Program-made: the position numbers and the translations under genes
From: Chrysomallon squamiferum
Taxonomy: Eukaryota; Animalia; Mollusca
Length of the DNA stretch: 64,000 nucleotides
NCBI GenBank assembly: GCA_012295275.1
Contig: CM022671.1
Location: forward strand, 36,084,001-36,148,000
Reading direction: 5' to 3'
Notes under the pieces: model-generated
What the model was told of the DNA's origin: nothing
Seen by the model: only the letters and a program-made list of their open reading frames with translations
The model's database searches: none
Shown here: positions 26,621 to 40,507 of the stretch, one piece after another
How positions within the stretch are numbered: position 1 is the first letter of the stretch
How the letters are laid out: every line of letters begins with the position of its first letter

Positions 26621-27244
26621 TAAACAAAGAGAGAGAGATACAATATTTTCTTCAATAAAACCCAAAACATTCTTTTTCTTTCGTTTTTTAAAAGATTATT
26701 TATTTTAAACCACACCCCAGTGATGGTCTGTTGTCACGATTGCAGTCATCAGCCCATCCATGATCTTAGCTACATTGATTAGACCAGACCGAAGATACCA
26801 AAGATTCAAAACTGACAGAACATAAATTTTACTCTGTTCTGTTTTTACCCTAACTTTTAATGTTTTATTAATAAAAACAAATATGAAAAATAAACCTCCT
26901 CTTTATTTTATAATTATTAACAGTGTTTAAATGAACGGAACAAATAAACACTCACCAACTTGCGTTCTGTTTAGCTTTGGTATTGTGAATGTTGTTGTTA
27001 TGTCATCTTTGGAAGTTCTGCATTTTAAGTCACTTCGAATAGGGAATGTTCCGCATGACTTCCCGCCATCTTTGTTTTGAATCTGAACGACCGTGTCTAC
27101 TTTAGGATTCTGTTCTGCGGCATCACTTACGCGAACAGCTTTAGAGTTTGAATGACTGCATGACACATGAGGGGATTCTTTGTCCTTGTTCTCTGTATCA
27201 TTATTTACCTTTCGCGAATCGAAAATTTCGAAAAGATTAGACAT
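2868..27244 (-). CDS. TASOR: TASOR/FAM208-like protein (HUSH-complex scaffold homologue): DUF3715 pseudo-PARP + SPOC + long low-complexity linker + C-terminal PIN-like domain; about 25 exons, about 3,100 aa
   Basis: Hand-spliced GT-AG exons: 27244-26956, 24766-24618, 23855-23760, 23305-23233, 21769-21678, 20990-20853, 20551-20415, 20082-19927, 19392-19193*, 18838-18766, 18472-18392, 18041-17520, 17178(or 17123)-16481*, 16028-15988, 14042-13184, ~12798-10662*, 10021-9906, 9529-9362, 9029-8912, 8324-6851, 6506-6408, 5914-4547, 3940-3832, 3603-3395, 2965-2868 (TAG). Intron phases are consistent except at the starred exons. Translation is colinear with vertebrate TASOR motifs as recalled. Confidence 0.88.
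3958..4345. repeat. Intronic AT-rich minisatellite of about 60 bp (about 6 copies)
   Basis: Recurrent tcacagcagattattaca...aatataacactttatatagttaatta. Confidence 0.9.
5117..5241 (-). repeat. Coding tandem duplication (63-bp period) of DVMQS(G/C)YDQSGHANRGYSYHS
   Basis: Two near-identical adjacent copies visible in both DNA and the ORF translation. Confidence 0.9.
6870..7272 (-). repeat. Coding 27/30-bp minisatellite encoding MSPRQKQHNV / MSPRENQPSV and MKSHIQKQHS
   Basis: Repeated ggtgacatcaca(c/t)tg(t/g)gctg units at the 3' end of exon 8324-6851. Confidence 0.92.
10715..10960 (-). repeat. Coding 30-bp minisatellite encoding RSSSENR(S/P)CI
   Basis: Unit ctgttctcagaactgcttctaatacatg(a/g)t, about 8 copies. 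Confidence 0.93.
11585..11930 (-). repeat. Coding 33-bp minisatellite (about 10-11 units) encoding QSKSPPTRKI(T/R)
   Basis: Unit ggtggtgacttggactgt(g/c)ttattttacgtgta, in frame within the 10644-12629 ORF. Confidence 0.95.
18392..20082 (-). CDS. TASOR: SPOC domain exons (8-11) of the TASOR-like gene; exon 9 contains a frame discordance
   Basis: FVVWTGQLSVKQICTCQVQMVSMAGRFKPVRL|GSVLNVSQK...//...QEVLANNNYFNVTELRP...FQKVMTYLGKNNS|VAVLKPDNDTVLFIMPDC...|GLTKPHQYPTVLHCIFISK resembles the recalled TASOR SPOC (LWKGQL...FLPIKLPEKLDV...NEVLKNGMY...YLFLLSP...VLHALFLF). Confidence 0.82.
20415..26980 (-). CDS. TASOR: DUF3715 / PARP-like domain of the TASOR-like gene (end of exon 1 through exon 7)
   Basis: Spliced translation FTIPKLNRTQV|ALLRKISRDSHEFLQEVKPVISKSY...NTQLMQA|YLEKKKELKQNGYSDREISDSFAFLMVESEEK|VQKICQEGISIGNLSSSVLGQPNM|GVHLCRHADVL...IIFKIMK|GRVKTI...LEPTPNCDCHI...TQ|IYLYEYGELSVEKRPRHICPTTVVTFSYRDD. 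This matches recalled TASOR/TEX15 motifs FQIPRK, ESYAFL, LGSPSMGVYLSRYADLL, VIFKIMKGKIK, DPTPKHECHV and TQYYFYEY...RPRHVCPYAVVSFTY. Confidence 0.93.
20533..20665 (-). repeat. Tandem repeat of about 38 bp (4 copies) duplicating the exon-7 splice acceptor
   Basis: catactcatacaagtagatctgaaaataaaactca repeated; each copy reads tattttcag|ATCTACTTGTATGAG on the minus strand. Confidence 0.92.
21590..21650 (-). repeat. Intronic partial duplicate of the 3' part of exon 5
   Basis: Encodes PTPLPVYIQAHPIIFKIMN versus exon PTPLPFYIQAHLIIFKIMK; the copy lacks the GT donor. Confidence 0.85.
23020..23237. repeat. Intronic tandem repeat of about 52 bp adjoining the exon-4 donor
   Basis: Four degenerate units of ttac(c/t)(c)attct(a/g)c...tttctct...atttaa.taataataa.tgtaata. 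Confidence 0.75.
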
Positions 27245-27404
27245 ATTCGCATATTTTACATGATTAGAAACGGTTAAATGCAAAAATGTTGACAGTAATG
27301 TTTGTTAGTTTTTCACTGGTTTACCGTAGTATGCGTTTGTAATATATATGTCAATGTATTGGAATAAACATTAAAAACCAGTCAAGGATTCATTTCAAAA
27401 CCGC

Positions 27405-27452
27405 TTGTAGCACGTGATAACGGTAGAAAAATTCTTCACGCATGCGCATTCT
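27405..27452 (-). promoter_or_regulatory. Probable promoter of the TASOR-like gene with an E-box and an NRF1-like site
   Basis: CACGTG at 27411-27416 and TGCGCATGCGTG on the minus strand at about 27437-27448, 170-200 bp upstream of the ATG at 27244. CpG dinucleotides reappear here. Confidence 0.45.
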
Positions 27453-28329
27453 GAGTGTTCCGTGCATGCAATTTTTATTCAATACAGTTAAATATATATA
27501 TATAGTAAGACACCTGTGGCAATATTTGAATGGATTCCAATTACTTAATTTACATATTTATGAAAAATAAAATAAAGTACTGAAAAAATAGTTAAATGAA
27601 AAATAAAACGGACCTGAAAGTTGAAGACCGAAGTTACAGAAACGAGTTATAAAAAACTAACGATAAACGTAAAATATTAAAATGTGTATGTATTTAATGT
27701 AATTGATATTATATTTTATTTTACATAAAGTTTATTATTTTAATTGCTGTTATTTATTAATTGATTGTGCTACAATACGGGGCGCGAACCCGCGTCTTGA
27801 AAGACTATATAAATAATATATCTACAAATAATATCGATATGACTACTGTGAGTGCCCTAACAATGACAATGTTCATGATCATAATAATGATGAAGATGAT
27901 GATGATAAATAAATAATTAAAATAATATATAAACAAATAAAGAATTAATAACAATTCTTTTCCTGAATAAATCACAAATATTAAAATAAACAGAGATTAA
28001 ATATTAGAATAAGTAACATTATAGATTTTGAAACAGAAATAGACAGACAGATAGACAGATAGATAGACTGATAGATAATAAAAAAAAAAAAAAGAAAGAA
28101 CGGAAGAACATCCAGGAATTCCATCCACGAAACCTTCCCCCCGAAACAAATTCCAGTAGCTTTTAATTATGGCAATAAACTGTTAAATGTGTCACTGATT
28201 TTCATGCAGTGAATTTTAATTAAAACCAACAGCTGTAAATTTTCTCTCCTTTCAGCAACGCACAAAGGTCTTCGGTCACTATCGGTATTCGAGAGATAGC
28301 TGCTGGAGGAAATGACTGCCTCAGTGCGT

Positions 28330-29420
<1,091 letters not shown>

Positions 29421-29940
29421 CAGACCGATATAGATACAGAAATGTTCCCTGCGTAGTTTCTTGTTCTGTTTTCACAGTTGAAGACTCTCAGCGTCTCATT
29501 TTAATCAAATACGTGTGTGTACACCTCTGAATTGTCCACGCCTGGTCACGTAAAGAAATCTTTGTTTCTCCCTCTTACAGCAATCGATTGCCTGACTACC
29601 ACACTGTTGTCTCTGACGGACCCTTCCTCAGCCCAGACGACAACTGCACAGAGGGCAGACGTCCACTGCAACAGCGCGTATTAGACAGTGGTAATTAAGC
29701 GGCGCACGAAGACTTTGAAAAGTCAAATTTGCTTTAATCATTAAAATTTGGCAGATGGTTTAGAAGTCGAGATATGCCATTAAAATGACTGGCGAGGTTG
29801 TGTGAAGAAAACCTGACATCAAGTCAACAACTTCGCCAAACACTTGACGACAGTCGTTCTTTACGAGAGAACGTTTTTGTACATTCTGTGTAAAGGAATT
29901 TTTATTTTTATAATCAGTTTTGTCTCCGATTTTTACAGTT

Positions 29941-29962
29941 ATGAGAGGTTCACGTAAAGCAG
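29941..29962 (+). CDS. Candidate first coding exon (MRGSRKA, phase 1) of the cysteine-rich secreted protein gene
   Basis: ATG followed by a perfect CAG|GTAAGT donor; phase matches the acceptor before 49481 and gives a basic signal-peptide n-region. Would need a ~19.5-kb intron. Alternative candidate: 48744-48765 (MSDIYIQ, weaker G|GTTACT donor). Confidence 0.3.
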
Positions 29963-30131
29963 GTAAGTCTTTTTTTGTTATTTTTTGTTTTTGTTTTTGT
30001 TTTATTTTTAATTTTTTGGTTTTGTTGTTGTTTTATTTTTCTTTGTGTTCATTTCCATCTTCAATTGATTTTTCTTTCTTTTTTCTTTATTTATTATTTT
30101 TTCTTTTCTTTTTTCTTTCTTTCTTTTTTTT

Positions 30132-30162
<31 letters not shown>

Positions 30163-31432
30163 TTTCATCACTGGTATTTTTAATCACTAATTCTCATTAC
30201 GTTGTTCTTATCTGTCGACAGTCAGAAATTTCTGACAATTCCACGAAACACGCAGTTCAATTATTCACTTTGACGTTTTTACTTTTTCTTTCTTTTATAA
30301 ACTAGCGATTTCGCCAGACATCTGATATAAGAACATTTAAATCATTAACGGTATCATCCTTATGATGATGACATAAAGTAAGTAAATTATGATGATGAAA
30401 ACGGCGACAGAGATGTTAATAATGACAACGATTATAATGGAGATGATAATGATGAAAATTTTGATGTTAATAATAACAATGAGGATTATGATGATGCTAA
30501 CGATAATAATTACGATAATGATGGTAATGATGACAAAATAGATACGTAAAAAAAAAAAAAAAAAAAAAAACATATGGCACTGCTGTACTGCTAAATTTAT
30601 TTGCTCTGTATTAAATTAGTATTGATTAAAATATTTCTTCTCTTGGTTTGTACTCTAATCTCTGATGAACAGTTAGTATGTGAACATATGCTTTCTGCGA
30701 TCCAACGATACAATTTTATTATTAACATATCTAAAACCTTTTGTGAGAAAAATTAAAATAAAAGAAAAGAAATCATGCTATGTTACCTATCATAAAGTTT
30801 CCATTAATTATTTTGTTGTAATTAATCCAAGAAAGATATACAGACTGACTGACATATTTATGAATATAAAATACCTGCCTACCTACATACATACATACTT
30901 ACATACATAATTACATACACACACACACAAATACACATAGGCAAACATACACACAAACAGGCTTCACGCGCAGACACACACACACACACACACACATATG
31001 GATGTACACGGAGGATGTATATAGTATGTCTGTATGTATGTATGTCTTTTGTTTGAGCATAATGTTGATGCTTTAGCTTATTTGAGTGAATGTATTTATG
31101 TGTTTGTGTGTGTTTGTATATATTTGTGTATTTGTTTGTGTGTTTGTGTGTATTTGTATATATTTGTGTATTTGTTTGTGTGTTTGTGTGTTTGTGTGTA
31201 TTTGTTTGTGTGTTTGTGTTTTTGTGTTAATCTGTTTTTCATTGTTCAGCTTGATTCTATCAACACAGAAATGTATTCACATCAAAATTGTAAACATTCA
31301 GTTTTTTCTTCGTCTGAAAATAAGCACAGTTTAATCAATAACAAATTAATCACAAGTACAATCTGGTATTTCAGGTTTCCTCGTCGTAATTATCATCATT
31401 GTAGTCGTTGCTGCTTTTGTAATAACAACCTC

Positions 31433-31477
<45 letters not shown>

Positions 31478-31568
31478 ACACAAACACACACACACAAACA
31501 CAGAAAAAAGAATTAAAAAAAAAAAATTGTCATGGTAATTTTGTACATGTGCCGAACCGAAGCAAATA

Positions 31569-31619
<51 letters not shown>

Positions 31620-31726
31620 AATTCTTAAGAACTGTCTAATAATCTGACTATTTTTATTTGAATCACTCTTTAATAGGTTACATAGAATCCAATTCTAAAT
31701 AAATGATAAAATATTTTATCTAAACT

Positions 31727-31798
<72 letters not shown>

Positions 31799-34752
31799 TA
31801 TATATATATATACACATACACAGATACATACATATAAACACACATATACATGCAGACAGTCCGACAGATGGATGGAAAGATGGCTTAAACGATAACTGAT
31901 TTGACGGATGAATGAAGTGTGGACAGACAGAAGAATAGACACAGACACACGCTTTGACTGACACACATCTCTTAGTTACCTGACAAAATTGATTATTCGT
32001 TTATTTTAATTAATAATTCCAACAAAGAAATGATTTTTTTTTTTTTAATATTAAAAACACCCGGTAGTACTGAATTTGGAATTGCTTTTTAGTTTTGTTT
32101 CTTTCAATTTAAAACTGAATTGATGTGACCTTGTTTTATCTCGAACAAACTCTGTAAGAGTAGCTAGCTTTAAAACGTCTTCAGGTCGTTATAATATTCT
32201 TGTTTCAGTATTATTAGTCTTTGAAAGTAAATGTGTTTTTTTTAAATAAAAAGTGTGTGGGTGTAATGTTTTTTCGAGTAACCTCAATTTTGCGTTAACA
32301 GCAATTAATTGTGTGGCTTAGAAATTGTTGTTGTGACGAATACACTGTTATATGTTGTTTGTTTCTTAAACCGTGACTCACGTGTTGTTCAGATACATAT
32401 TTGTAAATGTCTAAGCGTTTATTTATTTATTTTTTTATTTTATTATCATCATCCTCATCCTCATATTATTATTATTATTATTATTATTTGTCACCATTAG
32501 TAATTTTGTGAACTTAAAATATACAGATATTTTGTAAACGTGAACGTTTTTCTTCTATGATTTTTTGTTTTGTTTTGTTTTGTTTTGTTTCAGTTTTGTT
32601 ATTGTTGTTTTCGTTTCCAGTCTTTATTAATAAAAAAGTATGACAGTAATGCGTACAGAAACAGAACCAGACATTACGTCATTGACAGAAATGTAAAAAC
32701 AATTCAGAGATTAATAAAGATGGCAGTCTTGGTTAACTGAAGATAAAGAAATTACTTGGGAATGATATATTAGTTCTCAAATAACTGAAACAGAGAGATG
32801 TCCTCTTTATTCGAAAAAAAATAATAAAAATAAAAATAAACAAAATACTTCCTAATAATATATTTAGAACAACTGAAATATTAATAGAGATTACTAGACT
32901 GATCTACAGTAAATAAATAAAATATTAGGTTAACAATATATTTTAAGAGAGATATATAAGAAACACTGATGTGAAACTAGGAATTTTGTGTGTGATAAGT
33001 AACACAGTGTTTACTAAACAGCTGATGAAAATATCTTCCCTGAATTCGACCTTTAACTCCGGCAGCACTGGCAGTTCTAATATTGCACTTAAGTGATACA
33101 GCACTGGCGTAATGCACTGCTGTCACTTTGAGTAAACGTCAGACTGCGCAGTCTCGCGCGTACTGGTGACTAAAATACTCACGCGTGAGCTCTCACGGTG
33201 TTCGTCGATTTTAAATTAATACGAATTTTCTAAGCTGTCCTCTCGCTGATTACTCTGTTAGGCGTTTCGTTTGCAGTGTAAACTGTTTCATCAAATCAGC
33301 AAAGTGATTCATATCAACTGTACAATATTTCATCGGATCCGTTGATATGCTTAGTTTGAAAGCATCTTCAGTATACATACATGTGTGCGTGTGTGTGTGT
33401 GTCTGTGTGTGCGTGTGTGTGTGTGTGTGTGTGTCTGTAAACTGCATCATCGGATCTGTAAAAACATTTTCTCTGAATTGTAAAATGTTTTATTTGTTTG
33501 ATGCTTCATTTGAAAAGTTCATTACATTTCATATTTGAAAAGTAAACTTTGCATAGCTAACCCGACATCACTCGATGTGTTGTTTTATTTGAAGTGTCAA
33601 AAGTTTAAAAACATTGTCTGAACTGATGACCCATACATGAGATATTTCATCAGTTGTTTGCAGTTCAGATATTTCATTTGAACGCTGTTGTAGAAGTATT
33701 CATTTGAACTGGTGACTTTACTACACAGAAACGTTGGTTAGACGTTTCATTCTAACTATGTTTGTTTGTACTTTTGTTTAATTATTCGAGTACCACTGAT
33801 TTGTGGGTTGTTTGTAATTTTTCACACAAAACTGTAAAGTATTTTGTAGGTAGTGTAATTATTGTTTTTATCAGACATTCTAGCTTTCCTTTCTCTTTTA
33901 TCGATTCCGCCATGATTCGACGCTCTACTCTAAATAAATACCCACATCAACCATTTGTTTTTATTTTCGCCTCTCACTGAGCAGAAACCGTGCACGTTAA
34001 TTCAGTTAACAGCTGGAGTAAAAGAAAATATTAAACATTATACAAAAAAAAAAATATATACAAAACTATGATGATGTTTTCATGGGAGTAAATATAAAAA
34101 CTGAAGTTGGTTTATGTTATGAATTCCTTTAGTTTCATTTGTATCGTTTACTGACGTAATAATTTTACAGAAATATTCTTCTTTATTCCGCTTGTTTTCT
34201 GAAGAGTTGGAGATGTTCAATAAGAGATGATGACAAAGAATAGATTAGGTTAAATTTAGGTTAAATTTCACAGAAATATATATAATTCATTGTAAGCCAA
34301 ATCTCTCTCTCTTTATCTCTCACACACACACGCACACACACACATACACACACACATATACACACACACAAGCATACACACAAATTAAATAAATAAACAA
34401 AACTCTTTTGTATAGTTTTTGAAATCGCAAAATTTAATACCTATTTTCCGTTTAAGAAAACAAAGACTGAATGATTTCACCGGAACCGGAAAGTCGTATT
34501 ATGCTGTAAATCTCAAATATCACCGTTATGTAAAATGTAATTATAAAAAAAACCTCTTAAATCTTGTTATTCTTAATTCTGACAAGAAAACGCATTCGTA
34601 ATAATCAGAATCAAAAAAAAAAAAAAATAATAATAATAATAATAATAAATAAATAAAATTTAAAAAAATGAAAGAAAGAAAAGAAATCAAATCATCCTAT
34701 ATTTCACTCATTCCTTTCTTAAATACAATCAATAAAAAAAAAATAATAATAA

Positions 34753-34787
<35 letters not shown>

Positions 34788-36029
34788 AATAAAACAAAAC
34801 AAACAAATCTCAGTTTAAAATCAATACATATTTGAAGCACACTGTGTAGTTGTTATATGATACGTAGCAGGGACAGATCTGGAAGTGACTTAACCTAATC
34901 TTCGTGTTGCTAGCGAGGCTCTGTTTGGCTCGAGGTAATGAAAACGGACGCTGTCATATGTACAGCTTATTTGTCTGATAATCCATACCTGATCTTCAGC
35001 CCAGCAAATTGCAGCGATACCAGCTTCCAGTTAAGGAGAGTCTAGCCTGCGTGACGTAAGAAGTATTTTATTACAGAAGTTAGCAAACGTGATCTAAGAT
35101 AATGAGGACAAAACATGTTAATGACACTGAGTGTCAGTGAACTGGTCAGTTACGTGTTTTCTGCGTTAACTTTCAGCAGAGAAATCAGTGATGGATGGAC
35201 GGATGAAAGAATAGGTGAAAGGATGGATGGACGAATGGATAAATGGACAGATATGTAATTAGGTATGGAGAGGAAAGTGAGCAGAGGACACCAGAACGAA
35301 CATGTGATGATTGCAATAAACTTGTTTTACTTTTGTTTGTATTAATAACACAAAACAATCGTTACTTCTAGTTTATACTTCCTCTACTTCATGTAATCAT
35401 CATCATCATCATCATCATGTTCGTCATCTTCTTCTTACTCCCTCTACTATTATTATTACTCTTCTCTTTTATGATCTTTTTTATGTTCACAAATGTTCTT
35501 AACGTGACGCTAAAGAATTTTATTATTTCATATACAAACAGAGAACAGTCGAAATCTGAAGACAAAAAAAAAAATAATAAAAAAAATTTTAAAAAAAAAA
35601 AACCGAAAAAAAAAAAAAAAAAATAATAATAATAATCTGTTTATAGGATATAATCGCCAGTGGCAAGAAAATCCTTTAAATAATTTATTTTCTGCGTATT
35701 ATTTTCTGGTGTCATTAAAATCGCCGAGTTTGAAATAGTTTAATGTTGCACAGCCAAAGGTGCGTGAAGCCTACATCTGTAAACGACGTTAGATTTATTC
35801 ACGACGTAATTAAGTGTGAGGCAGACTGTAAGTTTGTCTCCTCACTCACTCTTTTTTCTTCAGATGTTTCTTGTGACAGGCGATTAGATATCACATCTTT
35901 GTTTTTGTTTTTTCACTCATTCGTGAAGATTCAGTTTTTCCATTACAATATGCATGATAGAAAATCTTCAGAATTACGTAAAGAGACGCCGCATTGATTC
36001 ATGTAGACTAATCTGTGTTACAACATCCT

Positions 36030-36350
36030 GTTTACGTTCAGTTGAATATGACGTAATATTCATTCATTACAGAGTACATAGTTTTACTGACGTCAAGTTC
36101 ATTCGTGACAGTGTACACAGTTTTAGTGACGTGGAATTCTTTTATGACGATGTACACACTTTTAGTGACGTTAAATTCATTCATTACTATGTACCTAATT
36201 TTAGTGACGTCATCATTTATAACTGTGTTCACAAATGTAATAATCTGATGTGTATACATAACAGTACACACAATTTTAATGATTTGATGTTTACTGATAA
36301 GCATATACACAGATTTAGTGATGTGATTTTCGTTCAGAACAGAGCAAAGT
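36030..36350. repeat. Degenerate tandem repeat of about 39 bp
   Basis: Recurrent gtacacagttttagtgacgt...ttcat units. Confidence 0.7.
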
Positions 36351-36415
36351 GATACATAAATACAGGAATGCTGTATTCATTCACAGAAATATCTCAGTTT
36401 TATTTATTTGTTTGT

Positions 36416-36446
<31 letters not shown>

Positions 36447-36839
36447 TTGATTTATTGATTTAGTTATTTGTTTATTCATATTTATTTTTGTATTAATATT
36501 ATTTTATTTTTATTTTCATTATTTTTATTTATTTATTTATTTCCAAAGCCTATGCTTATCCTGAGTTAACTACACAGTTTAAATAGTCTGTTGTTTGAGA
36601 TTCGTATTAAAATAACTTCGTGGTTGATAAGGAAGTCGTTCAAATTATTGTCTGACATACAAAAGACAACTTGACTTACTGCTATCAAATTACAACATGA
36701 TTACTGACTCGTAACATATACATTCAGACTTTAACTTGAGAAACTCTATGTCAACACATAATAATTAAATACAAAACAATCTTTTATATTCTTTAATTTG
36801 AGATACTCTATATCAACACATAATAATTAAATACAAAAA

Positions 36840-37160
36840 ATATTTTATATTCTTTAAATTGAGATACTGAGCGATATCTGTAATTCCACAGTCAATGAAC
36901 ATTTTTATAAATAACATTTCATTGTCATGTTTGATTAAAGGATTGTGAAGTAACAGTTGTGTTACTATTTGAATAAAGCTTTTCAGGAAAAACTCTCTCT
37001 CGACTGGAAACTGTCTCCCGTGCAGATAACAATTCTGCATAAAAAGGATTCATTCTTTGTAAAGCAGATTTAACTGAAAATAACGAATGTGAGCTCTGAC
37101 CACTAAGCCGCAGTTTGCCAAAGTACACGCTAATTACACTGTAACTGCTTGTGACAAACA
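36840..37160 (-). mobile_element. Degraded non-LTR retrotransposon fragment (L1/Tx1-like ORF2, post-RT region)
   Basis: Frameshifted peptides MNPFYAELLSARE and QLLLHNPLIKHDNEMLFIKMFIDCGITDIAQY resemble the NPFYxxLLxAW...PLWxNPxI...FxKxWxxxGIxxIxDL pattern downstream of RT in such elements (recalled). Confidence 0.5.
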
Positions 37161-37761
37161 AAGCCTCTTCCTCATCACTTCCTGACTATACGTTCACCCA
37201 ATGCAATAATACAAAACTGCGTTAACACACTTCCTCTCTTAAAACGTTATTTATAAACACTGCACTTCTGTTTTATTAAACTTAACAGTATTTCTTTTTT
37301 TTTTTTTTTTTTTTTTTTTAAATGTTTGCAGGCCCAAACGCAGTAATGATTATGGCGTATTCACATTCGACGGCCCAAATTACAGAGATCGCTAGAGGGA
37401 CCGGGGGCACGACTCCCACCCCGCGACAAATTGCAGGAGAGATAATGAAATTAGAGTTTGTCAGACACGCGGAAATATCAACGACACTGGTTACGTTACA
37501 GCGCATTTCTACAGCGCATTGCGACATGGGACCCGCCTAACTGAAAACTTCAGACAGTTCACATCATCATTTTCTTGTTGATATACATCGGCCGACACGC
37601 TGCCACGACCCCACCCCCGTTTTGTAAGCGTTTGGGTTATTAGACTTGTAATAAAATCTTACGTAAGAAAATGTTACTGTGTTACTGATAACATATTACT
37701 TTCGTTGATTAATTAAATGCGATAACATATATTTGATGAAGTATAACAGATAAAGTGCGAT

Positions 37762-37800
<39 letters not shown>

Positions 37801-39424
37801 CGATATATAATTATCAGTTATTGACTTTGTATGCTACAAAACTTTCAGACGTAATCATCCACATGACAACTATGTTTCTGGACGACATCATTTCTCGTGT
37901 TCACATTAAAATAATCCATTCCCTGTCAGTTTATCAATACCTAGCAATCAAATTCTTCATCCGGTATCTCTGGCAATAACCGCTGAGCGTTTTCTGTTAG
38001 CAGTTTATCAACTGTCAAACATTCAAATGAAGGTGTTAGAGCCAGACTCACTGTTGTCGGTCTTGTCGTATAAATACAATCACTAATACATCCATCCGTG
38101 TGTCCATCCTTCCTCATATACATTCACCTATCCAGACGAACGTACATACAATCCACTATCTCCTTCCCCTGAAGTAAGTAAAAAAAAAAAAAAATCTTCC
38201 TGCCCTGTGGGTGTGAAAATCAACTGGATTTATCTGAAATACTTAAAGAAGATTAATTTGTTATACTGTCATCAATTTCAGCAGAATTTTCTGGTTTATA
38301 TTTAGCGCTGTCTCTGTCGTGAATAACGTCGCAAGGTTGTTGATTTGTGATGTAGGTGACAAACAACAGTGATTAAAATAATTATCAGTTTAACCTTCAT
38401 ATGAAAGAAATATAAGACATACATTGAATCTGTTGTTCAAAACGTTTATACTGAAAGAGCAAAAGACCCAGTCAAGGAACGTGTTACTCGTGACAGTGTG
38501 GCCTTCATGGCCCATTCTGACAAACATAATTAATATTAATTAACTTTCTTGTCAAAAGAGGGTTAAATAACATTAACGTAAGTCTATAACAGTAAACAGC
38601 AGATTGTTCTTTTCACAGAAAAAAAACAGACACAGTTTGTCTTTATTGTTATATGGACGAAGACACTAAACAAACAGAATTCTAATTTTAGTTAAAATCA
38701 TGACGAAAACAATCAAATGTATCAGCTTCATTTCTAGACTGGGAAGGGAAAAATGTCAAACGGAATTTTGTAAAGTATCACGTGACTGACTGCGTCTGTT
38801 CATGTCTGACATGTAGCGAGTAAGCATTAGTCATGTCTTGCCACACCCTTCCCTACTTACATACAAACCTATACTTACACATAAGTACAGGTGTACAAGC
38901 ATTCACACATGTATCGTACAAACGCCCGTAGACATGAACACAAAACTCACAGATCTGATAAAAGTTTAAAATCCATACTTTTTAATCATGTTGTGATATT
39001 TGTTAATTTTTTTTCAGACTTTAACGAGTGTTTTACGTTGTTATTTTTTTTTTGTCATTAAGCTGAACAATCATCAAGGTCACGCCTGAAGGACATATAT
39101 CGGTTAGCTTCTGTCCAGGCTAACGTACGTGGCCTTGATATGAGAGAACCAGCGACTAAGTCGACAATAATTTTGAAAAAGTACTAACGGTAATTAGGAA
39201 AAATACGGTAGCTGGGTCCCCCGGAGAGTTCGGGCTTTGGCGCGTTCGTTTCAGCTCCAGTCACGTGATAGCTACTTAATAATTTAACACGACCAGCTAC
39301 TTCAGTTTAATTGTCGTCAGGGGAGATTACTGTGATTAACGTCGAAGAAACGACCATATTTGTTAGTGTGTGACATTTTGTTAATGAGTGAAATGTCTGT
39401 ACACGATCTGAATGTGTATCACCA

Positions 39425-39552
39425 AGAGAGAGGTTTGTACCATCCTGGCTTTAGCTGAAAAGTGATGTAATTTAGACTTATTTAATTTTATATTTATAAA
39501 AGTATTAGAAAAATAACACACACGCACACGCAGACACACACATACACACACT

Positions 39553-39626
<74 letters not shown>

Positions 39627-39823
39627 TGAATGCTGCGCGGAATAGCTCAGAAACGTGAAGTGTTGAGAAAAGACAGCCCAGTGTTTGTGTTTATAATAAC
39701 CAACACCACACAGCTTCTTTTGAAATCTGTATCAGCAGAGAGAGGTTTCTACCATCCTGGCTTTAGCTGAAAAGTGATGTAATTTAGACTTATTTAACAC
39801 GCAGACACACACATACACACACT

Positions 39824-39890
<67 letters not shown>
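39425..39890. repeat. Local duplication of a ~60-bp unit plus (CA)n/(GA)n tail, with an ~85-bp segment also found at 41814-41900
   Basis: gagaggttt(g/c)taccatcctggctttagctgaaaagtgatgtaatttagacttatttaa occurs at ~39427 and ~39739; acgtgaagtgttgagaaaagacag...gtatcagcaga occurs at ~39653 and ~41814. Confidence 0.88.
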
Positions 39891-39894
<4 letters not shown>

Positions 39895-40436
39895 ACAATA
39901 TGAACAAATTACATATAGTTCTATTTGATTGTATTTTAATATAATTATCCTTCAAATCAGTTTTATTTGAAATAAACACTGCACTGATAACCTCGTAATA
40001 CGTCAGATTCTATGGGTAATAATATTAACATTTATTTAGTAAAATAGGTCGCTTACATTTGGAAGCTGAAATTGACATGAAAACCGGATACTTTTTATTA
40101 GTTTTTATTCATTTATTTATTTATTTTATTTATTTTATTTTTATTTATTTTTTTTGTTTTTGTTTTTTTTTGTTTTTTTTATTATTATTATTATTATTAT
40201 TAATTATTTTTTTATGTTGGTTCATTTATTGTAATCGTATACAGTTTTCACGAGATTTTGTTGTTCTTTAAAAGACTGAGACTGTTTTGTTATTTGTTTG
40301 AAAAAAACAAAAAAAGCAATGACTACGTCCTTTAATTTAGATTATGTCGTTTGTAATGACATCATCATCAACTCTGTCGTCATTGGAAGACAGTGTATGA
40401 CAGATATTTTGAAGTTGCTTATGTTTTAGCATCGTA

Positions 40437-40507
<71 letters not shown>

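Noticed and set aside
26716-26811. Possible 96-nt in-frame cassette exon in intron 1 (VLNLWYLRSG...)
   Set aside because: Weak donor (GTGTGG), and it would interrupt the contiguous FTIPKLNRTQV-ALLR motif; cannot be supported without transcripts.
27775-27802. tRNA T-arm-like GCGGGTTCGCGCCCCG on the minus strand
   Set aside because: No cloverleaf or A-box can be built; at most a SINE remnant.
37322-37540. 72-aa ORF after a poly-T/AG acceptor-like site
   Set aside because: No recognisable motif or partner exons; treated as a non-coding GC-rich island.
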